Shown here: positions 51,245 through 61,159 of the stretch, piece by piece | Numbering within the stretch: position 1 is the stretch's first letter | Layout: every line of letters starts with the position of its first letter | Assembly (NCBI GenBank): GCA_050273025.1 | Contig: CP158636.1 | Coordinates: 10,540,001-10,604,000, forward strand | Length of the DNA: 64,000 nucleotides | Origin: Cenococcum geophilum | Taxonomy: Eukaryota | Reading direction: 5' to 3' | Made by a program: the position numbers and the translations under genes | The notes under the pieces: model-generated | What the model saw: the letters and a program-made list of their open reading frames with translations, nothing else | Told to the model about the DNA's origin: nothing | Databases searched by the model: none

Positions 51245-53417
51245 TATTATAGCTTGTATAAATGCCTTTGAACCAAAGCTTGTAGAATGCTGTATTATAA
51301 AGATACTAAGCTAAGGAGCAGAAGAAGGTTAAGGAAAGGACACGTCTATATACAGGCACCAAGTCTCCAAGCGAGCCCCTAGCCAGGGTCTGTAACGGTG
51401 CCGTAGCATCACCCCCCCCTTTAAGAAAGCCTGCCCTCAGGCTTTATATAGAGGAAAGAAGAATGGAAAAAAAATTTGCATTTGGCGCTTAATCGCGATG
51501 CTGGTTAATATAGGACTTACAGCAGTTCTGCAGCTCCTACTACTGCAAGGGTATATCACTATACCTAGTTAATATAGGGCAGACAGCCGTCCTATAGCTC
51601 CTATAAGGGGCATATCGCTATACCTAGTTGACGTAGGGCAGGCAGCCATCCTGTAGCTCCTGCTGCTGCGAGAGGTATATCGCTAGAAGCCCTCCATTAG
51701 TTGTTATTCCTCCTCTAAAACTTTAGTACCTCCTAGCTCTACTATTCCCCTTTTTATTATAGCGCGCCCTAAGCTATAAAAAAAGCCCCCCTAGTCCCCC
51801 TCTTAATAAAAGTCGATGTAAAGGTTTAATAAGGGTAGGAGGGTTAGGGAGTTACTTATATATATATCAGCACGAGTACTTATCTATTTAGTAGCAGTAC
51901 GGTACTAGCAATAGGTCGTTTAGGTAGTAGTATAATGCTAGTAATAAGGTCGTATTCTAGGGAGTAAAGCTCTACCTAGTTGTGTTTAGGCCACAGGCAT
52001 ATCGGCGCGGTGACTTATTAGGATTATAGCAGTACGGTGCTAGCAACGGGCTATATTTTAGGGAGTAAAGCTCTTTCTTGTATATAGTTATTACTGTAGG
52101 TAGAGTAGTAGAAGTTGGTTGGCTGCAGGCAGGGCAGCAAGTGGTTAATTAGCCGCAGGCAGAGCAGTAAGGGTTAGTAGCTGCTGATAAAGCAGCGAGG
52201 GTTAGCCAGCTATAGGCAGTGCAGCAAGGGTCTATTGTAATAGCAGGCGTATCGGCGCTATTATTATCTAGTTTATTCTAATTAATTTCGTCTTGTCGTA
52301 GCACTAGTCTTAATCTCAGCCGAGGTCGTTCCTTGCAGTGTACGTAGCTTAGTCTTAGTCGAAAAGGGTTATCCTTCTATAGGCGTATCGGCACGGTGTC
52401 TTGTCTTATAGGTCGTAGGCGTATTAGCACGACAGTTAGTTAATTAGACTGTAGGCGTATTAGCACAGCCGTTGTCTATTTAGGGTTCGTGTCGCAGGCA
52501 TATCAGCGCGATCGTTTGGTTGATGGATTATAGGCATAACGGCATAATCGGTTGGTTGGTTTGCATTTAAACCACATTTGGGCCGCATTTAAATCGCAGG
52601 CGTATCGCAGGCGTATTGCAGGCGTATTGTAGGCGTATCGGCGCGATCGTTCGGTTGGTGGGACTGTAGGCGTATCAGCACAGCCGTGGTCTAGTTCGTG
52701 GTGTCGTAGGTATATCGGCACGACAGGTTATCGGGTTTGGGGTTTAGGGTAGCAGTACGGTGCCAGCGTTAAGTCCTTCCTAATCGATTTCGTCTCTCCT
52801 TATACAGCTTAGTATTAGTTAGGGTCGTTGTAATACTAGCCTAGGGTATTAATTGACTTTATTCCTTATAGCGTTACGGCTAAGTCTCAATTAATGTCGT
52901 TCTCCGCAGCACTAGGTAGTCTTAGCTAAGGTCGTTCTCTATAGCACTAGGTAGTCTTAACTAAGGTCGTCTCTACAGCTTATACAACTCCGTATTAGTT
53001 AAAAAGGTTAAAGGGGTAAGATATTCTAAGCCTTTCTAGGCACGTGTCCTTGGCCATCAAAGTCGGCATTTAATTGCAACCATAGGAGACCTTCTAGCTG
53101 CTTAAGTACCGGCTCCTAGTAACTTAATAGTAGCGACTTAACGCGTCGATGATGCGCAGCTAGGGGTGTTCGATGTGAGTCCTTCGCAAGAACCTATAGA
53201 ATGGGGTGGGATATTATAAGGCCTTCCCAGGCATTAGGGTGAGCTTAGTATAATATTACGGCTTGTACAAATGCCTCTAAACCGAAGCTTATAGAATGCT
53301 ATATTATAAAGATACTAAGCTAAGGAGCAGAAGAAGGTTAAGGAAAGAACACGTTTATATACAGGCGCCAAGTCTCCAAGCGAGCCCCTGGCTAGGGTCT
53401 GTAACGGTGCCGTAACA
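51245..53417 (-). mobile_element. 2.17-kb non-coding LTR element (LARD/TRIM-like)
   Basis: 164-bp LTRs at 51245-51408 and 53254-53417. TSD CTAGA. C8 tract 51412-19 is a minus-strand PPT. Interior made of short dispersed repeats such as gcaggcgtatcggc. Confidence 0.93.
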
Positions 53418-54849
53418 CTAGATATACTAGGTTAATAAGGTGCGAATTATATTTATCTAAAGAAGTATACTAGCGATAAGGTCTAGCGGGCATATATAGA
53501 GGGTGCCAGTAATAACTATATAGTTAGTAAAACCTTTAAACTAGACACCTTTATCTATAAATAGCTTCTTATCTACTTTTACCTTCCTTATAACTAGAGC
53601 ACTATTCTTAATCTATATTTTATTAGCAATCTTAATTTAAGCGATATAGACTTAAAGGCGGGCAAGGTTTACTAGATTAAAGGTACCCTTAAAAATATCT
53701 AGGTAATCCCTTTTTATAATACTAGAAAGGCGGAGTTTAAGCAACTTTATGCTAAGAGGGAGAGGCTTACTAAGGACATTAGCTAAAGCAGCTACTGCGG
53801 TAACTTATAAGGCCGAAGCGGCCAAGCCTAACTATAATTAAGCTATTTAAGCTAGGTAGTATTTATACTGGCGAGCCTTTTTTACTAGGCGGGCTTCGCG
53901 CTCTTCCTTATACTTCTAAATCTCCCTTTTATTTTAGGCTTATTCCCTTTACTCTTTAGCAATTTTACGCTCTTCTATGGCAGCGGCGCGTATATTAGCT
54001 TCGGACGGCATTATAGGACTAGTAGAGGAGGGTGTAGCAGTTGTAGACGATGGTGTAGTTAAGGTAGGTTGTCTAGGTGGGTTTACTTATTAGGATTATA
54101 TACGCGTATAAATATCCCAGTTAGTTATAAGCGGTAATAGCGTTATAAAATAATTCTTAAACGAATGAATAATAAATATATAATAAATATTGATGAGTTC
54201 AGCAATATAAAAAGCGAATTAGCCACGTAGTGACTGCGTTCGATATTCGCGAATATTGCAGGAGGTCTCAGCATTGTGCGTTGCTAAGATGGATACTGCC
54301 AAGCAATATATAGACGCTAGTATATATTAAAGGGTTACTCCTATAGCCTTTATAGCTAGGGCTTAAGCCCTAGTTGCGAGCTAATAAAAGCCCATAGTTA
54401 GCAAAGCAATATTTAAGCTAGAGGAGTCCTTACTAGTAATTTTAGAAAGCATTAAGGGTGTGGTGGAGGTGATGAGGCTGCAGAAGTTATTCTGCCGTCA
54501 GAATTTTTGGGCGGTCAGCGGGCGGTGCGCCAAACTTCCTAATTAGGAAGGTGCAAGAACTTTTGTTAGGGACCTCCGTAAACCGCGCATTTTATAACAA
54601 ATTTGCACCACTTAATAGCAAAATATAGCAAAATGCGCCTTATAAATATAAATTGTAAAAACCGTACAAATTGTAACTATATAAATTATAATTATATTAT
54701 ATAATAACCAAATTATCATATATTTCCATAGATTGCTATAATATACTTTTAAATATATTTATATTATAACTATATAAAATGTAGAGCTATCTGCTTAGGC
54801 GTTAAGGGGGAAGCCTCTTGCAGAGGCTCTAAATCGTTGATTGGCCTAG

Positions 54850-54950
54850 TGCCTGCCTACCTGCCTGCCTGACTGCCTGCCTACCTACCTGTCCGTCCGT
54901 CTGTCTGTCCATCCGTCTGTCCGTCCGTCTGTCTATGCCTACCTGTCTAT
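54850..54950. repeat. Degenerate tetranucleotide microsatellite (CCTG/CCTA/CCGT/CTGT)
   Basis: gcctgcctacctgcctgcctg...gtccgtccgtctgtctgtcc is directly visible. Confidence 0.85.
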
Positions 54951-55275
54951 GTCACCTTGATTCGATCGATCGATCGAATCGTTTATAGTGTTCGCTGGCT
55001 GGTCGTTTGAACGGTTGTCGTGTGGCTCTGACGACGGTCGTCTAGCTCTGGCGACGGTCGTCTGGCTCCAGCGACGGTCGTCTGGTTCTGGCGACGGTCA
55101 TCTGCTGTCGTTCTGGTGTCTCCCTAGGTAGGGAGGATGTAAGGAAGAAAGGGTAAAAAATGAGGTGGCTACCTAGGTGTATATAGGGGGTATACTTGGC
55201 AGAGGCACGTGTAGAGGCTATCGGGAATATAGCGGGGACCCGATAGTAATGTGTCGCGCGCACACACAAAGGCTT

Positions 55276-55750
55276 TGTGTAGAGCTTCGCGCAGAGCCTC
55301 GTGCAGAGCCTCTATATGTAGAGCTTCGTGTAGAGCTTCGTAGAGCTTTGTGCAGAGCTTCGTGCAGAGCTTCGTGCAGAGCCTCTGTACGTAGAGCTTC
55401 GTGTAGAGCTTCGTGTAGAGCTTCGTGTAGAGCTTCGTGTAGAGCTTCGTGTAGAGCTTCGTGTAGAGCTTCGTGTAGAGCTTCGTGTAGAGCTTCGTGT
55501 AGAGCTTCGTGTAGAGCTTCGTGTAGAGCTTCGTGTAGAGCTTCGTGTAGAGCTTCGTGTAGAGCTTCGTGTAGAGCTTCGTGTAGAGCTTCGTGTAGAG
55601 CTTCGTGCAGAGCCCTATGTAGAGCCTCTGTACGCAGAGCTTCGTGTAGAGCCTTGTGTAGAGCCTCGTGCAAAGCTTCGTGTAGAGCTTTGTGTAGAGC
55701 TTCGTGCAGAGCTTTATGTAGAGCCTTGTGTAGAGCTTCGTGTGTAGCTT
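55276..55750. repeat. 12-bp minisatellite (GTAGAGCTTCGT)n, ~38 units, perfect core ~55392-55605
   Basis: Directly visible; it explains the HEAL/RASC/YTKL repeat ORFs. Confidence 0.97.
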
Positions 55751-57346
55751 TGTGGTATTTTTGTTGCAATTTTGTAGTATTTTTATTACAGCTAAAATTA
55801 GGGTCTGCTTAAGTCGCAATTTTAGTAATTTATATAAGTAGCTTATATATTTATAGCAATTTATAGAAATCTATACGAGTAGCCTAGCAAATTGCTGCAA
55901 ATCGCCGCAAATCACCGCAAATCGCCGCAAAATTGCCAAAATTGCGACTTACGCAGGTTTTGCAGACCCCGATTTTCGCTTGCGACAACGTGCCCAAAAA
56001 AAAAATTCCTGATGAAGAAGGCGGCTATAAGTTCTACCTTTATTAGTCCTTTATATAGAAGGAGAGTTAGTATTAACTATAGGGTATTCTATATAGTTAC
56101 ATCTTATATTTTCGCTACCTCCTTCTATTATCGCTTCTATTTAAGATCTGCCTATCTTATAATTAGTATAGTAGATTTCTATCTATACCAGTAGCCTCCC
56201 TACCAACACTTTCTATTTGCCTGGATTTACTCTGCTTTAATTTTTTCAACGTGTCTTCTTAGTTAACGCGCTAGTTCCTCTGCGCTCCGGTCTAGGATTA
56301 GGATCTAGGTTAGGCCGCTTCTGGCTAGGAGAGATGTCTGCAAATTTCTCGAGCAAGATGCATATTTGTATTTGGTGTTAAACTAGGGTCCTCCTAAAGA
56401 ATTCTTATTAGTTCTATGTAGACCCATTAATGGGTTCAAACTAGTATGGACTGAGCTCCATGAAAAGCTACAGTTTCGATCCCTCTTGTATTTCAAGCAT
56501 CTAGGTGCCCCTAATCCACTAATAGACAGCCTCAAGGTCTCCGAGCTGTACTTGCAACACCAGACTTCCAATCCACTTAACATGAACCTCTATCCACTAT
56601 AATAGATCGCATTCCAAAACCCCTGACCCTTCGCCTCCACTCTGAGCCACAGCAGCGCAATCCGCTAAACCGTAGCGACTGCCGTTGACTGAAACCTCAC
56701 CACCACTCCAACAGTCCCTACCTTCTTTTCACATATCCACCAGCATCAAGTCTCACAGCATCACAGCATATCCCTTGCATAGATAGATTCGTCCGTAGAA
56801 TGGTGGCCCGAGCTCAGCCCATTAAACAGCTGCGTTCGGGCGCAGGTGGTGGTTTTTTCTTCATCTAACGCGACAATTTATAATATTGAGTAGGCGAAAC
56901 AAAGTCCTCGTCGTTGGTTGCACGATTTCTGACCATATTGGTGGTTTATTTAATTGATGTTCTTTGTTTATTGCGCACGGGCCATATCCGCACGTCACCT
57001 ATCTATGCAAGGGATAGCACAGCGCGGCTAGACAGAGCACCGATCCTTCAATTCCAAATCTCCTCCACCCCATTCTCCCACCCTAAACAATTACAATTTC
57101 CATACCCATCCATCCATCCCATAAGCATAAAAGAACATACAGTAGAAGGTATCATCGCTCCACGCCATCCCCAAATTCCTACAGAAACTCCCATCCCATC
57201 CGACACTAAACCCCGAGTCCATTAGACAGGAAAACCCATAAAGAAAAACCCTACTAAAATATAAAAATATAAAAAATCTCAGCAGAACATTCAAAACTCA
57301 CCCGCCAAGACGCTATGACGAAAGAAAAGAAACTCAGACGGAGACC

Positions 57347-58899
57347 CTACGACCCCTGGCCCGCGGTCTCGATAACGCCATTCAGCGCGCCGAAATTCCC
57401 CCTCCCGTCCGCCGTCGGCGTATGGCCCTCTCCAACTCCCACTCCCACTCCCACGCCTCCGACGCCCATGCCGCTGCTCCCCATGCCGCTGCTCCCCATG
57501 CCGCTGCCCATGCTGCTACTCCCCATCCCGCCGCCCTGCCCGACGCCCACGCCACTCATGCTGCCCGCGCCACCGGCGAGGCGCGCGCTCTCGTCTTCCT
57601 CGCCCATGCCGTCGACGTCGGGCCAGAAGCGCTCCTCGAGCCAGCAGATCTGGCGGAAGACCTCCTCGCAGCGCAGCATTTCCTCCTTGCCGTTGGGCGA
57701 GGTGGTGGTGTTTGCGAGCTCGTCGACGAGGACGCGGGTGGCGTCGACGAACTTGGAGAAGGCAGGCGAGGTCCAGTTCGGGATCAGGGCCTGGTGGAGC
57801 GCCACAATGTGCGAGTCGGTCGAGGGCGTGCTGAGAGAGTTGCTGAAGTTGGAGGCGTAGAGCCAGGCGGTCCGGTAGCACTGTGCGGGTTATTTAGTTG
57901 GGTGGATGGGTGGGAGGTGGAGGAGGTTAGGGAGGTTCGGACTTACATGTTCGGTGCCCCATAGCACTACCATGCCTTCGAGCAGCGATGCGCACGAGCT
58001 GCTCGCGCTCAGGAATAGATCTAGGTATGCGCGCGTTATAGGGTTCGGTGGGTCGTTGATTAGCGTCAGGCCATACTTCGTCGCGGTAATTTCGAAGAAG
58101 CTCATCTCCCGCCGGATGTTGTTGAGTGCGGAGATTAAGAGGTCCATCGTGCGGTACATAGGGTGGAACTGCGAGTTTTGCGTCTGAGGTAGCCGGACTT
58201 TAGCTAGTAGCTGGCCGATAAACCGGATGTAACCCCGCGCATAGTGTCCGTCCTGCACAAGCCATTGTGACAAAGGTGCGGCTGCTAGAGTGCCGCATCC
58301 AGCATGCGAAAGGAAGGGCTGTTGTGTTGCTTGTGTAAAGGCGGGTCCGCAGACGGCGAGGAGGTGTGCGGTCAGAGAGGGTACGAGGGGAGAGGGCGCA
58401 ACGTGTTGGGGCATTTGCGGCGCAATTGGTTGGCCATCACGGCTGCGCTTTGTATTTGGTCCACGACGATGTACCTGGAGGTTTGGATTCGGGTGGGTGC
58501 CGTTTAGGATACCGCGCGAGGTGTTGTCGGGTATGTTAGGGTCGATAGGTGTGCCTTCTGGATTCTGGCTCATATGGGCTTGAGCTTCGGCAGAGTTTAG
58601 ATAGGCCTGGCACTCTTGCAGATGTTCAATCTGGCGAGTGGTGTTTTTCGCGCGAACAAAACCGCAGTGGAGGCATCGTACTTTATTACACTTGAAGGTG
58701 TCAGTACAATATGTACTCAAGCATGACGGTTACGGGGCACAGCATGGTGTGGGGAACAATGCGGCGAGAAGATCGTCGCAGGACGAGGAGGAATTTTTCA
58801 TAATCAGAGCAGGAGGGGAAAAGGCACCTTTGAGGGAGTGTCAGTGTCTTGGAATTCAGCAAAGGCTCGTCGAATATCGGGGTTCGCATGCCGTCCCAT
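57347..58899 (-). CDS. BED-type zinc finger fused to a TenA/THI-4 (heme-oxygenase-like fold) domain; 3 exons, ~449 aa
   Basis: Exons 58899-58828 (MGRHANPDIRRAF...SK), 58690-57947 and 57880-57347. Introns GTGCCT..CTGAC..AAG and GTAAGT..CAG, both phase 0. KVRCLHCG..AKNTTRQIEHLQEC. ATQQPFL..AG.G.L....LSQWLVQD..Y, LWGTEHCYRTAW, LIPNWTS..F..FV, LEERFWP. Confidence 0.88.
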
Positions 58900-61159
58900 G
58901 CTGACTGCAGAGAGGGTGGTTGACTGATATGTTACTGTATCGTGTCTGGGTATTGTCAGGTCATGTAAAATTGAGGAGGTGAGGAGACACAGGTCTGGCC
59001 TAAGCCTGTGTGACTAATGCCCGCTCTTTCCCCTCTGGGTGACATGGACGAAGCTAAGAGGTCACGAGTCGCGAGTGCCACAGCCGGCGAATGCGAGGGA
59101 AAGTCACATTCGCAGGCAGCTGTCACCGATTCTGCACTGGAATGGGGTATTAGCAGCCCTTAGCAGCCCTTGGCAGGCTAAAGTATGCCTCAGCAGTGAT
59201 AAAGCATGTTCTCTTACGCGTATTCTTATCAGACCGGGTATTTGCGACCGTTTGCTTTCTGGGAGCGGTATCGCCTCCAATTCTCATTTCCCGCATGGCA
59301 AATTCTGACTAACCCGGCCCGATCATCTTGGCGTTTGAATCGATTTGAAACGGTACTCGTATCCATATTCATATCCATACCCGAAATCCTCCGCTGCATG
59401 CAAGAAATAAATTCCACCAAGCCCGTCCATCACGAATCAATTCGAAAACAAGACCGTCTCTTATCAGGTTCCTTACGCAGAGAAAAGCTCCGGATAGTCT
59501 TGGCAATAGCTTGATGCAAACCCTAGAGTCCTGACCACTATAGTACTTAACAAGGTAAACACGCAAAAAATGTTAGTACAGCAGCAATTCCTTCTCAGTA
59601 GAACCTTAATCTTAACCGCAACATTCTATGCCCTCACAGACATCTAAATGTGCAACTAAAAGATCTTGCTATGTTCAGCCAGCCAGACCGCCTATTAGCT
59701 GAAAATCACCTATCAAACACTCACCCTATCCTGTATATCACCATTAGAAATCAGCATCAAAGTCTGCAAGTTTTGGTGCTGATGCTACTTTGGCTTTTAT
59801 CCGATCAAGACTTTCCGATTAACCAACTCGCGTCCCATGCAATGCATGCAAAGCGTAAAAGGCCTTCTAAGCTGAAGAACGTTTGTAGCTTCTTTTCAAT
59901 TCAAAGATAAGCTATGAGATATTGAATCTTGCGTAAAAGCAGCTATACTGGCTAAATGATTTGCCTTTCGCCAAAGTCAAATTTCGCCGAGGACTACCTC
60001 CTTCGAAGGAGCCCTCAAATCCACTCCACCCTCCGGACACGAACAGCCACAGCTCCAACTAGAATGAAGAGTCAGCCTTGAGCAGACCTGTTCTGACTCC
60101 CAGATTATCGTCTATTTTTGTCCAGCCGCGTTCCGGCGAAATTCCGGTCCAGCCTGCTTGCAGCTCAGCCACCTCCTTTGAATCCTACAAGCCACAGCAT
60201 CATTCCGAGCCGTCTGAGGACCTTCCTTTCCATCTCAAGAGCCATAATCTCATCCTTTCTTCCATATCAATCGTCCAAACTGCAAGGCTAGACTCAGCCC
60301 CTATTTCAGTCTCCAGTAAACTTCACAGTGCTGTCTAGTTTTATAAAGATTGAACTCGATCGCGATGAGATTGTCGCTAAATTAGGTCGCAGCGGCGAGA
60401 ACCTACTGTACTGCTAGGTTTGTAAACAGACTCTTAAGGTAGGCCGTAGTTCCCTCAGACAAGCAGATGCCTTGAGGGTACCATTTTCTACTCTTCACCC
60501 CTATTCATCGAATATTCGAAGCATCTATACCTGCACGAATGTTCAATCACTTTAACGCACACGCTCAAACAAAATGTGCCTCAGGATGGTTTATTTTGGG
60601 AATATCTGATACGCCCTAAACGTGCCGCAGCTTTGGGAAAGGCCATGTTCGTCGATATTGTATATGCATTCTGCGCGTCTGCGGCGTCGTTTTGTCGGCT
60701 ACCTGATGGCCTGGCTCTTCATGTGTCATTTTATTTCGCACGGCGTCGTTACAACACACCTTGCAGCTTCCCTAAATCTCCCTTTTTAAACTGTAAGTAA
60801 AGTTAAGTAGTGGGTGGAATATTCTAGTTGTCCGTCTACCCTGTACCGAAAAGAAATCGGAGCGTTTTTTGTTGTCCCTGGCCGGCCTCCTGCTGCGTCT
60901 ACAGCTGCCGGGGAATTGGGGCTGAGCAACCATGTTCGAATGAGGCCGCCTCGCTGTAGGCAGCATCAGCTATATAACTAACCTCGCAAACATCCTTTAG
61001 ACCTATTCCTCTTCCACGAAGCACCTCTTATATTAATAAATTACGAGAACATATAACATAGATTTACATATCCTACTAACAGACCTAGAGAGAGACCTGT
61101 TCCCTCCTGCGAGACTGCGAGACTGCGAGACTAACAGTCCACGCCAACCTACCAGAGAT

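Larger units (their letters stand above)
41815..54190 (-). mobile_element. DIRS/Ngaro-type retrotransposon relic (gag and start of RT) split by two LTR insertions
   Basis: Joining 54011-53423, 51244-51005 and 42259-42204 across the TSDs gives one gag-like frame ending C.KFN..GC...(C)KY.(H)KC.K(C)..D(H)..S.AC. An RT N-terminal-like frame follows to ~41815. Outer boundaries are approximate and no recombinase ORF was seen. Confidence 0.68.
1..56300. other. RIP-mutated AT-rich transposon block (except the 36.4-39.5 kb island)
   Basis: Paired LTRs and paralogous copies differ mostly by CpA>TpA and TpG>TpA (for example LTR starts tgtcac/tatcac, tgacga/taacga, tgtaac/tataac). Confidence 0.95.

Noticed and set aside
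55276..55750. CRISPR-like array
   Set aside because: Head-to-tail repeats without unique spacers, eukaryotic context and no cas genes.
55169..55819. ORFs with HEAL/RASC/YTKL repeats
   Set aside because: By-products of a stop-free 12-bp minisatellite that is open in several frames on both strands.
57315..57964. Pro-rich and Ala/His-rich + strand ORFs
   Set aside because: Antisense shadows of the GC-rich exon 3 of the BED-TenA gene.
59000..61100. Short ORFs between the divergent genes, and (GCGAGACT)3 at ~61109-61132
   Set aside because: No recognisable motifs or splice-consistent model; most simply shared promoter/UTR sequence.
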